Shown piece by piece: positions 9,049 to 18,347 of a stretch of DNA of 59,583 nt. Both the position numbers and the translations under genes were made by a program. The notes beneath the pieces were generated by a model, which was not told the DNA's origin, searched no databases, and saw only the letters and a list, made by a program, of their open reading frames with translations. The stretch comes from an uncultured Bacteroidales bacterium. GTDB lineage: Bacteria > Bacteroidota > Bacteroidia > Bacteroidales > Paludibacteraceae. Numbering within the stretch: position 1 is the stretch's first letter; every line of letters begins with the position of its first letter. The stretch is from positions 1-59,583 of the forward strand of contig CASFUX010000134.1 in NCBI GenBank assembly GCA_949297975.1. Direction: 5' to 3'.

Positions 9049-10416
9049 GTGTTCCGCAACCACCGCATACGCACGAACCCACATCCCCTCTCCTTGGAGG
9101 GGCTTGGGGAGGCTTTACATCCCCTACTCAGGAGGGGCTTGGGGAGGTCGTTGGCATTTGTCTTTTTCCTCCTCCTCGTTTCCTGCACTCCCGATGCACC
9201 GCAGGGTTACACCCTTTCCGATGCGCCGCGCGAGCAAGTCCGTAGCGGGAAGCGGGGTGTGAGCTATGCCTTCACGCTGGCCGAGGTGGATGCGCCCTTG
9301 CTGGGCGGGGGCGTGTCGTGGTTCTACAACTGGGGGCCAGATACCTCCTCCGAGGTACAGGCGGCCACCGAAGCGCAGGGGATGGACTTCTATCCCATGG
9401 CGTGGAACGGCAGCTTCGATGCCGACCGCATCCGCGCCTACAAGGCCACCCACCCGCAGTGCGAGTACCTGCTGGCCTTTAACGAACCGAACTTGACCGA
9501 CCAGTGCAACTATACGCCACAACAGGCGGCCGTGCAATGGTCTCGCCTGAAGGAACTGGCTGATGAATTGGGGATGAAGCTCGTATCGCCTGCCATGAAC
9601 TATGGGACATTGGACGGCTACGGCGACCCTGTGGTGTGGTTGGATGAGTTCTTTGAATTCGTCCCGTTGGACGATGTGGCAGCCATCGCCGTGCATTGCT
9701 ACATGCCCTCGGCAGCAGCGTTAAAAGGATATATCGAACGTTTTGCCAAGTACGGCAAGCCCATTTGGCTGACCGAGTTTTGTGCATGGGAGACGAACAT
9801 CACCTCCCCGGCGGTACAGATGGCTTTCATGAGCGAGGCGGTGGCCTATCTCGAAGCCGACCCCGCCGTGGAGCGTTACGCCTGGTTCATCCCCCGCGCC
9901 GATGGGCCGGTGGAAAGTTATCCTTATATGCAGCTGCTCACCAAGGAGTCACCCTACGCCCTGAGCGACCAGGGACGGGTCTATACCGGCATCAGCACGC
10001 AGGATAAGACGGTTTATGCTCTTGCGGGGCAGCGTATTGAGGCCGAGCATTACACGGCTTGTAATGTGGCGGACTGCATCGGCATGGACGGTTTCTCCGC
10101 CCCGCCGCACGTGCGTCCCTCGACCGATGCGGGCGGTTCAACGCTCGAACTGCACGACTTCACTCGTGACAAGTGGGTAGAGTACCAAGTGGAGTTGGCC
10201 GAGGAAGGGGAATACACGTTTGTCTTGCGTGCCCAGGCCTTGTCCGATGCCTCCTTGCTGTTGCAGGTGGATGGAAACAATGCGGCCTTTATCAACTTGG
10301 AGCGGGGCGATTGGGTCACGGCGGAACAGTCTTTGCAAATAGCGGCGGGCAAACACACTTTGCGCCTCGAAGCCACATCGGGCAACACCTCGGTGGACTG
10401 GCTGGAGGTGAGGTAG
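9049..10416 (+). CDS. GH128 (Glyco_hydro_cc) beta-1,3-glucanase lipoprotein with C-terminal CBM6-like domain; start uncertain
   Basis: GKRG, SWFYNWG, PMAW, FNEPN, VSPA, IAVHCY, KPIWLTEF, VERYAWF motifs; LVSC lipobox; IEAE...WVEYQV...GKHTLRL...VDWL CBM. Confidence 0.85.
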   Translation: MFRNHRIRTNPHPLSLEGLGEALHPLLRRGLGRSLAFVFFLLLVSCTPDAPQGYTLSDAPREQVRSGKRGVSYAFTLAEVDAPLLGGGVSWFYNWGPDTSSEVQAATEAQGMDFYPMAWNGSFDADRIRAYKATHPQCEYLLAFNEPNLTDQCNYTPQQAAVQWSRLKELADELGMKLVSPAMNYGTLDGYGDPVVWLDEFFEFVPLDDVAAIAVHCYMPSAAALKGYIERFAKYGKPIWLTEFCAWETNITSPAVQMAFMSEAVAYLEADPAVERYAWFIPRADGPVESYPYMQLLTKESPYALSDQGRVYTGISTQDKTVYALAGQRIEAEHYTACNVADCIGMDGFSAPPHVRPSTDAGGSTLELHDFTRDKWVEYQVELAEEGEYTFVLRAQALSDASLLLQVDGNNAAFINLERGDWVTAEQSLQIAAGKHTLRLEATSGNTSVDWLEVR

Positions 10417-10450
10417 CCTCTCCAAGCCCTCCTATAGGGAGGGAATGTGG

Positions 10451-10725
10451 AAAGGTGAAAGTACAAAGGGGAAAAGATGAAGGTAAAAAGGTGAAAGTAA
10501 ATAAGGAAAAGATGAATGGGTAAAATTCAAGGGCAACGGTCTTGTGGCATTCAGCGCAGGGCAACGCCCTACGAACAGAGGCAAGAGAGCAAGAAGGAGT
10601 GAGAAATTTATGTCGTTCGCGTGATTTGTGTTCTCCTCATATGTGATAATCCGTTCAATTCGTGGTCATCCGTGTGCTGAAATCTGTGTTCATTCGCGTT
10701 CCCCCAATCTGAAATTTGAAATATG
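10451..10725 (+). repeat. Composite intergenic repeat: purine heptamer arm, GCAGGGCAACGCCCTAC REP module, ATCCGTG module, CATTCGCGTTCCCC module, ATCTGAAAT heptamers
   Basis: Same modules recur at 14856-15135, 16851-17018 (inverted), 31835-32022 and 56531-56823 (inverted). Confidence 0.8.
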
Positions 10726-10738
10726 AAATAGATAAAAT

Positions 10739-12409
10739 ATGAATAAGACTTTACTTCTCTGGACGTGCCTGATGGGAGCGACTGCCCTTCCCGCGCAGGT
10801 GCTGGTGGACGACTTCGAGGCTTCGGCCAATACGTGGAACAATGTAAGCTGCTTCACCGAAGTGCGTAATAACGAACACAAGACAGGCCTGAACCTGTCC
10901 GATAAAGTGCTGTACGTGCAGCGGTCAGTGGAGTGCGACAACTGGTCGGGGGCTATCTTCACGCCTGCCGCGCCCTATACGGGCTATCGCTACCTGCATG
11001 TGTTGATGTTCCGCAATAATACGGCGCAGCCCAACCTCAAGGTGGCCGATGAGCATCCCACGGGCGGCACGCTCGACCTGGTGCCCATGACAGACATCCG
11101 GGCAAACGAGTGGCAGGACGTGGTATTTGACATCTCGGACTTCGCCACGGCGGGCGTGGACTTCATCATGCTGATGGTGGACCGCACCGAACTGCTTGCT
11201 GCCGATGCCTGGATGCTGTGCGACCACATCGAGCTGAGCAACGACCCCGCCCCGCGCACCACGCCGGTGGGGGATGACGATGATCCGCAAACGCCTCCCA
11301 CACCCTCTGAAGGCGAGGAAGGCACGGGCGAGACGGATGGCTACCGCCTGGTGTGGGCGGACTACTTCAACGATGGCACGCTCGACCGCGACAACTGGAA
11401 CATGGAGGTGAACGGTGACGGCGGGGGCAACGATGAATTGCAATATTACACTGACCGGGCGGAGAACGTCTCGGTGGGTACCGAACCTGCTTCGGGCAAG
11501 GGTTGCCTCATCATCACGGCACGCAAGGAGGATTACCAAGGGCGCACTTGCACTTCGGGTCGCCTCACCACGCAGGACAAGATGACTTTTACCCACGGCA
11601 AGGTGGAGGCATCCATCAAGTTTCCTCACACGGCCAACGGACTTTGGCCTGCCTTCTGGATGATGGGTAACGATATTTCCACTGTGGGCTGGCCCCGCTG
11701 CGGCGAGATTGACATCGTGGAGATGGGGCACGTCACGGGCATACAGAACGGCACGCAGGACCGCTACTTCAACGGGGCGTGCCACTGGGGATTTTACCGG
11801 GACAATGCCTATCCGAATTACTCCAACCACTTCACCGCCTCCTATGGTTTGCAGGACGATTTTCATCTCTTCACCGTGTATTGGGACACGGAGAGCATCC
11901 GCATGTACCTGGACCAGGACCGCTACCCGAACGCGGAGCCTTACTTCCAGATGGGCATTACCGATACGAGCGACGACTGGGCGACGGGGAACTATTTCCA
12001 CAAACCCAACTTCATCCTGCTCAACCTGGCTGTGGGCGGGCGTTTCCCACAGATATTCAACATCGACCAGGTGACTGCCTTGGCATCGGGAGAGGCCTCC
12101 ATGTATGTCGATTTCGTGAAGGTCTATCAACGGGGGACGGCAGATGAGACGTTCAATGGCAAGCCGACAACCGCTTTGCCCTCCTTGCAAGACGTACCGG
12201 CGGTGAGTGTGTATCCCAACCCGGCCGTGGAAGTCGTGTACTTCGACCGCACCGTGCAGCGGGTGGAAGTGCTCGGTATGCAGGGCAACGTGGTAGCCGT
12301 GGTCAGCGGGGTCAACAGCCTGGACGTGTCGGCCTGGCAGCGGGGCATGTACCTCCTCCGCCTGACATGCGACGGGCAGCAGGAATGTGTGAAGTTGGTG
12401 GTGAAATAG
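10739..12409 (+). CDS. T9SS-secreted GH16 beta-glucanase: N-terminal CBM-like domain, acidic linker, GH16, T9SS CTD
   Basis: Signal peptide; GLWPAFWMMG, EIDIVE; CTD VYPNPA...RGMYLLRL...KLVVK. Confidence 0.9.
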   Translation: MNKTLLLWTCLMGATALPAQVLVDDFEASANTWNNVSCFTEVRNNEHKTGLNLSDKVLYVQRSVECDNWSGAIFTPAAPYTGYRYLHVLMFRNNTAQPNLKVADEHPTGGTLDLVPMTDIRANEWQDVVFDISDFATAGVDFIMLMVDRTELLAADAWMLCDHIELSNDPAPRTTPVGDDDDPQTPPTPSEGEEGTGETDGYRLVWADYFNDGTLDRDNWNMEVNGDGGGNDELQYYTDRAENVSVGTEPASGKGCLIITARKEDYQGRTCTSGRLTTQDKMTFTHGKVEASIKFPHTANGLWPAFWMMGNDISTVGWPRCGEIDIVEMGHVTGIQNGTQDRYFNGACHWGFYRDNAYPNYSNHFTASYGLQDDFHLFTVYWDTESIRMYLDQDRYPNAEPYFQMGITDTSDDWATGNYFHKPNFILLNLAVGGRFPQIFNIDQVTALASGEASMYVDFVKVYQRGTADETFNGKPTTALPSLQDVPAVSVYPNPAVEVVYFDRTVQRVEVLGMQGNVVAVVSGVNSLDVSAWQRGMYLLRLTCDGQQECVKLVVK

Positions 12410-12545
12410 GGGAGAGAACGCGAATTTTGGCACACGGATGACACGGATTAAACGGATTTACACGGATAGGGGAACGCAAATGACGCAAATCGCGCGAATG
12501 AACGCGAATGGGTTCTTGCCTCTTGCTCCCTGCCTCTTGCCTCAG
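12410..12545 (-). repeat. Partial composite repeat (CACGGAT 9-9-10 arm, ACGCAAAT 9-9-10 arm, CTTGCCT heptamers)
   Basis: CGGAT at 12435, 12444, 12453, 12463; AACGCAAAT GACGCAAAT CGCGCGAAT GAACGCGAAT. Confidence 0.8.
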
Positions 12546-12611
12546 CATGGCTTCCAGCAGATGTTCGCAAATTTTTCAGTTAATCCGTTATTCAACCCTC
12601 AGTTATAATAA

Positions 12612-13496
12612 ATGAATCGTTTGATAATCTTCATCGGATGCCTCTTGGGGGCGTGCGTTGCTTTCGCCACGGACGAGGGCGGCTACCGGTTGGTATGGGA
12701 AGACAACTTTGACGGAACAAAGCTGGACAACTGCAATTGGACGATAGAAACTTTCGGGGACGGGGCGGGCAACCATGAGTTGCAGTTCTACCGGGAGGAG
12801 AATGTGTCCGTGGGGCGCGAGCCGGTCACAGGTGAGTCGTGCCTGGTTATCACCGCCCGCCGGGAGCAGTACCGCGACCGGCAGTTTACCTCCGGGCGCA
12901 TCATCAGCCGGGACAAGTTCACTTTCCAATACGGCAAGATAGAGGCCCGCATCCGCCTGCCCCGCACGGCTGACGGGCTGTGGCCTGCCTTTTGGCTCAT
13001 GGGCAACGACATCACCGAGGTGGGATGGCCGCGTTGCGGTGAGATTGATATTTTGGAAATGGGGCACGCCAACGGCATCAGGCAAGGTTTGCAAAGCCGC
13101 TTCTTCAATGGGGCGTGCCACTGGGCTGCGGGGTGGGAGGATGCACCGCACGCCTATTGCGCCCAGGACCACACGGCGGATTACGACTTGCAGGACGGCT
13201 TCCACCTCTACACCTTGGTGTGGGACAAGGACAGCCTCCGCATGTATTGCGACTTGGACCGCAACCCGCAGGCCGCCCCCTATTTCACGCTGGATATCAG
13301 CAATCGGAGCGATGACAAAGCCCCAGGTTACTATTTCCACAAACCCGTGTTCGTGTTGTTCAACCTGGCGGTAGGGGGCGACTTTCCCGCCATTTGGGAT
13401 GCGGACGGCATCACCGCCCTCAACGAGCAAAACGACTACGAAGCCTGCATGTACGTGGACTATGTGAGGGTGTACCAACAAGTGGTTAACGATTAA
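12612..13496 (+). CDS. Single-domain GH16 beta-glucanase with signal peptide
   Basis: LVWEDNFDG, TSGRI, GLWPAFWLMG, EIDILE, FNLAVGG, MYVDYVRVYQ; close paralog of the preceding GH16 domain. Confidence 0.9.
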   Translation: MNRLIIFIGCLLGACVAFATDEGGYRLVWEDNFDGTKLDNCNWTIETFGDGAGNHELQFYREENVSVGREPVTGESCLVITARREQYRDRQFTSGRIISRDKFTFQYGKIEARIRLPRTADGLWPAFWLMGNDITEVGWPRCGEIDILEMGHANGIRQGLQSRFFNGACHWAAGWEDAPHAYCAQDHTADYDLQDGFHLYTLVWDKDSLRMYCDLDRNPQAAPYFTLDISNRSDDKAPGYYFHKPVFVLFNLAVGGDFPAIWDADGITALNEQNDYEACMYVDYVRVYQQVVND

Positions 13497-13541
13497 CTAT
13501 AATGTATTTAATATGAATTCTATTATTTAATTTGCTTTACA

Positions 13542-14801
13542 ATGAAAACAAACTTTAAAATGATGGCACTTGGCCTGGCGATAGCGGGCAGTGCCATGTT
13601 CGCGAACGCGAAACAGTATTGCGGTGAAGTGCTGACGAGTGGTGAAAACACGATTACTTTTACTGCTCAGAAATTGTCGGAAGGTGCTTATCAAATCCTC
13701 ATAGAGGGTGAAGGATTGATCGGGCTTGGTGGTTCGTTCGTGCATATCAATGGGGAAGTTAGCTATGATATCCGAACCAATATGGTAGTGGCAGACGATA
13801 ATACCTCCATCACGGTAAGCATCACCTCGACTACCGATCCCAGATTTCACACACCTCTTTATGTGCTGATGCCGGGTGAAGTGAACTTTGGTACTTTGAG
13901 TGACATTGAATGGGGCACATGCGGCACGGCGGTAGAAGACAATGAAGCCCCCATGATGGGTACGGCTACCGTGGGTACGGTGACGCACAACAGCGCGACC
14001 ATTGCCGTGGAAGCTACCGACAATGTGGGCGTGTTGCTGTATCACGTGGTGGATGCCACGAACAGCCTGGACATGCGCCTTGCCCCGGTGGACGGGCAAA
14101 TCGCCCTGACCGGTCTGGCATCGGGCACGGAGTATAACCTTACCATCACCGCCCTCGATGCGGCGGGTAACGAATCGGCCAACAACGCCACGGTGAACTT
14201 CACTACGGAAGAACTCGTTTACCACAACTTCCCTACCGGGCAAGAAGGCAATCCGGAGTGGGGCGACCCGAACGGACGCATCACGCTCACCATTGCCAAG
14301 AAGAACGAAAACTCGGTAGCGTTCATCGTGAACCCGAACAACGAGAACGGCTTCATTGACTTCGTGGCCGTGAAAGTTAGCGGTCAAGATCCTATCTCTT
14401 TCGGCGAAGCAGGTGGCGATGTGTCCGCAGCCAGTCAAGAACTTGTGGTTACGGTTGAGTCGTATCCTCTCATGGTGGAATACATCCAATGGCACACCAC
14501 AGGGCAGGACCTTGCCGGGCGTTGGCAAGTAAGTAATCTCGTGGTGAACGAAAGCGAACTGTACGTGCCCGAACCGGGTACGGGCACGGGCGTGTCACTG
14601 CTGGAAAGCGGCAAAGCGCAAGTGCTGACGGCCGACGGCACGTTGTCGGTACGCTGTGCTGAAGCGGCGAACATCCGCGTGTACAACCTCATGGGGGCTT
14701 GCGTGGCCGAAACCCAATCGGCTGAATTGTACACCGCCCTGCCCACCGGTACGTATGTGGTGGCAGTAGATGGCGAAGCCTGCAAAGTGGTGATGAGGTA
14801 A
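13542..14801 (+). CDS. Secreted protein of unknown function with FN3-like domain and T9SS-type CTD
   Basis: Signal peptide; D.EAP...ATDNVGV..Y.V...LTGLASGTEY..TITALDAAGNES FN3 motif; CTD-like VYNLMG...LPTGTYVV...KVVMR. Confidence 0.7.
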   Translation: MKTNFKMMALGLAIAGSAMFANAKQYCGEVLTSGENTITFTAQKLSEGAYQILIEGEGLIGLGGSFVHINGEVSYDIRTNMVVADDNTSITVSITSTTDPRFHTPLYVLMPGEVNFGTLSDIEWGTCGTAVEDNEAPMMGTATVGTVTHNSATIAVEATDNVGVLLYHVVDATNSLDMRLAPVDGQIALTGLASGTEYNLTITALDAAGNESANNATVNFTTEELVYHNFPTGQEGNPEWGDPNGRITLTIAKKNENSVAFIVNPNNENGFIDFVAVKVSGQDPISFGEAGGDVSAASQELVVTVESYPLMVEYIQWHTTGQDLAGRWQVSNLVVNESELYVPEPGTGTGVSLLESGKAQVLTADGTLSVRCAEAANIRVYNLMGACVAETQSAELYTALPTGTYVVAVDGEACKVVMR

Positions 14802-14855
14802 GTCAGAAATCAGAAGTCGGTTGGGGTTGAGTGGTACATCTTCCGCCCCTCCGCC

Positions 14856-15135
14856 CAAGGCCAACGGTCTTGTGGCACTCAGCGTAGGGCAACGCCCTGC
14901 GGGCAGAGGCGAGGAGTGAAAGGTAAGAAATGTGCGTTCATTCGTGCCATTTGCGCCATTCGCGTTCCCCTCCCCAATCCGAAATCTGCAATAACAAAAA
15001 ATCGCGGAGCGTCCTTTGTGGCGTTCCGCGATTTTGTTTTGGAAGATAAATGTGCGTTCATTTGTGCCCTTTGCGTCATTTGCGTTCCCCAATCCGTGTA
15101 AATCTGTTCAATCCGTGTATTCCGTGTGCTAAATC
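14856..15135 (+). repeat. Composite intergenic repeat (REP GTAGGGCAACGCCCTGC at 14884-14900, duplicated GCGTTCATT...GCGTTCCCC module, ATCCGTG arm)
   Basis: Direct comparison with the copies at 10528-10700 and 31869-32022. Confidence 0.8.
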
Positions 15136-15183
15136 CAACCAAAACGTCTATCTTTGTGGGCGGTAAAAAGGGTAAACTCCCCC

Positions 15184-16845
15184 ATGAAGAAGCCTGTTGC
15201 TTTCATATTATTAATATTGCTGACCTTGCCGTCCTTGTTTGCGAGGCGGAGCGAGGTCGATTCCCTGTTTGCCGAACTGGACCGGGTATTGCAGCAAGGC
15301 GACTTGTACGTGCAGCAGCGCGAGCGCAAGATAGCCGACTACAAGCAGTCGTTTGGCATCCCCAGCCTGTTGCCTGCACAGCGGTACGAAATCAACCGGA
15401 AACTGTACGACCTGTATTATCCTTTCAAGCCCGACTCTGCCATCGTGTATGCCAAGCAAGGTATCCGGCTGGCCGAAACTTTGGGCAAACGTGGCTGGCT
15501 CATCGAGTCGAAGTTGCGCCTGGCCACCGTGTACACTATCAAAAGCCGCTTCATTGATGCCGCTGAGTTGCTTCGTTCCATTCCCGTGCATGCCTTGAAC
15601 AAGGATTTGCAACGGCAATATTATGCCACCTACCTCCACTTGCTTTCCCTTTACCCGCACGGGGGTGATGCTGAGATAGAAAAACGCATCCGCGATTGCC
15701 GGAGCGAGTTGGTGCGCCTGCTCGACAAGGAAAGCGACGAGTACAAGAGCCGCCTGGCCGACAAACTATCGGGTGAGGGACGTTACGAAGAAGCTCTGTC
15801 GCTCTATTTCGAGTTGTACCGCAAGATAGAGCCGGGCACTCACGACCAGGCCAGACAGGCGCACAGCATCGCCCAGTGCTACCGGCGGGCGGGCGACTAC
15901 GAAATGCAGAAAAAGTACTTCGCCATAGCCGCCATAGCCGATGCTTGTAACGGCATCAAGGAAAATGCCGCCCTGCGCGCCCTCGCCGTGGTGTGCTACG
16001 AGACCGACGACATCGAGCGTGCCTACCGCTACATATACCGCTCGATGGAGGATGCCATGTTTGCCAACGTCAGCTTCCGCATGGTGGAGATTTCGCAGAT
16101 ATTCCCCATCATCGAGCGGGCGTACCAGCAGAAGGTACAGGGGCAGCGCAACCGCCTGCGTTGGCTTACGGCGTGCATCGGCTTGCTGTCGCTCTCGTTG
16201 CTGGTGGCCATGCTGTTTGTCATGCGGCAGATGAAGAAACTGAACAAGACGCGCATGGCTTTGTCCGAGGCGAACAGCCAACTCAAGGTGCTGAACGAAA
16301 GTCTGAAAAAATCGAACGAGAAAGCCCGTCGCGCCAATGAGCGGATCAGGGAGTTTAACAGGGAACTGTCCGAGGCCAACCATTTGAAAGAGACGTACAT
16401 CAGCCAGTTCCTCACCATCTGCTCGGTGTACATCCGCAAGTTGGAGAACTATCAAAACATGTTGAACAAGAAAGCCCTCGAAAACCGCACCGCCGAGTTG
16501 TACAAGATGTTGAAGTCGCGCGACATGGTGGAGGCCGAGCTGAAGGAATTGAATAGCTTGTTCGACACCATATTCCTCGACCTGTACCCCACTTTCATAG
16601 ACGACTTCAACGCCCTGATGCCCGAAAGCGAGCGTTTTCGTCCCAAGAACAACGAGCTGCTCAACACCGAGCTTCGCATCTTCGCCCTCATCCGCTTGGG
16701 CATCAATGACAGCTCGCAGATAGCCGACTTCCTGCACTATTCCTTGGCCACCATCTACAACTACCGCACCCGCGTGCGCAACAAGGCCCTGATACCCGCA
16801 GCCGACTTCGAGGATGCCATCATGCGCATCGGGGTCATTGAGTAA
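15184..16845 (+). CDS. DUF6377 / SusR-like membrane-spanning transcriptional regulator (periplasmic TPR-like sensor, one TM, coiled coil, C-terminal HTH)
   Basis: EANHLKETYISQF, FD.IFL.LYPTFI..FN.L, LNTELRIFALIRLGI.DS..IA.FL.YS..TIYNYR; TATCTTTG promoter box at 15149-15156 favours ATG 15184. Confidence 0.9.
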   Translation: MKKPVAFILLILLTLPSLFARRSEVDSLFAELDRVLQQGDLYVQQRERKIADYKQSFGIPSLLPAQRYEINRKLYDLYYPFKPDSAIVYAKQGIRLAETLGKRGWLIESKLRLATVYTIKSRFIDAAELLRSIPVHALNKDLQRQYYATYLHLLSLYPHGGDAEIEKRIRDCRSELVRLLDKESDEYKSRLADKLSGEGRYEEALSLYFELYRKIEPGTHDQARQAHSIAQCYRRAGDYEMQKKYFAIAAIADACNGIKENAALRALAVVCYETDDIERAYRYIYRSMEDAMFANVSFRMVEISQIFPIIERAYQQKVQGQRNRLRWLTACIGLLSLSLLVAMLFVMRQMKKLNKTRMALSEANSQLKVLNESLKKSNEKARRANERIREFNRELSEANHLKETYISQFLTICSVYIRKLENYQNMLNKKALENRTAELYKMLKSRDMVEAELKELNSLFDTIFLDLYPTFIDDFNALMPESERFRPKNNELLNTELRIFALIRLGINDSSQIADFLHYSLATIYNYRTRVRNKALIPAADFEDAIMRIGVIE

Positions 16846-16850
16846 GGCAT

Positions 16851-17018
16851 TTGTCGGATTTCAGATCAGAGGAACGCAAATTTCTTCTCTTGCCTCTGCT
16901 CGCAGGGCGTTGCCCTACGTTGAGTGCCACAAGGCCGTTGGCCTTGATTTTACCCGGTCATCTTCTCCTTTCTTCTTTCACCTTTAAACTTTTCCCTTTC
17001 TACTTTTCCCTTTCACCT
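16851..17018 (-). repeat. Composite repeat, inverted relative to 10451-10610
   Basis: Reverse complement reads heptamer arm-GGGTAAAATCAAGGCCAACGGCCTTGTGGCACTCAACGTAGGGCAACGCCCTGC-GAGGCAAGAG. Confidence 0.8.
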
Positions 17019-17995
17019 ATCTCCCTGGCCTTGACTCCTTCGAAAGTGATTTTGACCGGGCGGATATATCCGTCTTGGTCGAACTCCATGCGGTCAATGC
17101 ATGTCACGCGGTGGTCGCGGGCATTGTCGCCCAGCGGACGGCGGTGGTACACGATGTAGTAATCGTCCGACTCCGGCACGTGCAACACGGAATGGTGTCC
17201 GGCACTGGTGGCTACGGCGGAGTCTTGTTCCAATATTTTACCGATGCGGTGGAAGGGGCCGAGCGGCGAATCGGCTATGGCATAAGCCACGCAGTAATCC
17301 GGGCCGCCCCATCCCCCTTCGCTCCACATGAAGTAGTAGCGGCCTCCCCGCTTCAGCATGAACGGCCCCTCGGTGTAGTTCGCCGGGGTCACTTCCTTGT
17401 ACACCTCGCCATCGGGGAAAGGCACGAGGCGGGTAAAGTCGTCGCTGAGTTTCACCACGTTGCAATGCCCCCAACCGCCGTAGTACATATAATGCGTACC
17501 GTCATCGTCGCGGAATACGAACTGGTCGATGGGTTGTGCGCCGTTGACCACTTCGCCGATAAGGGGGCATCCTAACAAGTCGCGGTAAGGACCTTCGGGG
17601 CGGTCGGCCACCGCCACGCCGATGCCGCCCACCTCGCCGGGATGCACGTCGTTTGCACCGAAGAACAGGTAGTAATGCCCCTCGTTGCGGATGACGGAGG
17701 GTGCCCACATGGCCCGCTTGGCCCAACGCACCTCCGTCGTGTCGAGAATGGCAGGGTGTTTCGTCCATGTCACCAAATCCTTGGATGAGAAACAGTCGAA
17801 AAATACTTGATTTTCGAACACATCGCTCCATGTGGGATAAATCCAGTACGTGTCATCGTAAATGATGGCCTCCGGGTCGGCATACCAGCCGTCGATCACC
17901 GGGTTGCCGCTCGTGCCCTGTGCGGCACGGTTACCCTTGCCACCGCAACCCGCCAACAAGGTTGCCAGGCATAATGTAAGAATGGTTTGCTTCAT
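17000..17995 (-). CDS. GH43 glycoside hydrolase lipoprotein (arabinanase/xylosidase-like five-bladed propeller)
   Basis: LAGC lipobox; NPVIDGWYADP, FSSKDLVTW, WAPS, PIDQFVF, TEGP, GHHS, VYHRR motifs; TATCTTTG promoter box at 18022-18029 (minus). Confidence 0.9.
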   Translation of the reverse strand: MKQTILTLCLATLLAGCGGKGNRAAQGTSGNPVIDGWYADPEAIIYDDTYWIYPTWSDVFENQVFFDCFSSKDLVTWTKHPAILDTTEVRWAKRAMWAPSVIRNEGHYYLFFGANDVHPGEVGGIGVAVADRPEGPYRDLLGCPLIGEVVNGAQPIDQFVFRDDDGTHYMYYGGWGHCNVVKLSDDFTRLVPFPDGEVYKEVTPANYTEGPFMLKRGGRYYFMWSEGGWGGPDYCVAYAIADSPLGPFHRIGKILEQDSAVATSAGHHSVLHVPESDDYYIVYHRRPLGDNARDHRVTCIDRMEFDQDGYIRPVKITFEGVKAREIGEREK

Positions 17996-18057
17996 AAGAA
18001 ATAGGATGTTTAATTAGACAACAAAGATAAAAAAGTTGAGGCAAAAATAAGGAAATA

Positions 18058-18322
18058 CACGAGTTCGATATATTTTCTTCAAAACATAAGCAGAGGTTTT
18101 CCTGACCATGAGCAGAACTTTTCCCGATCGTGAGCACAAATTCTACGACCCACAACTGTGGGTTGTATAACCCATAACTGTGGGTCGTACAACCCATAAC
18201 TGTGAGTTGTATAACCCATAACTGTGGGCTGTAAAAGTTGTGCTCACGATTGGGAAAACATCTCCGCAGAAAACGGAAAATATTTCGGTACAAGAGGGCA
18301 AATCTGAAGCCAAACTCACGTA
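18058..18322. mobile_element. MITE-like element: outer ACGAGTTCGATATA / GCCAAACTCACGT ends, inner 21-bp inverted repeats (18119-18139 / 18238-18258) around four palindromic 22-bp units (array B)
   Basis: TTTTCCCGATCGTGAGCACAA vs TTGTGCTCACGATTGGGAAAA (1 mismatch); ACCCA anchors at 18148, 18170, 18192, 18214. Confidence 0.75.
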
Positions 18323-18347
18323 AGAAATAAATTTGCGGCTATTCGCG

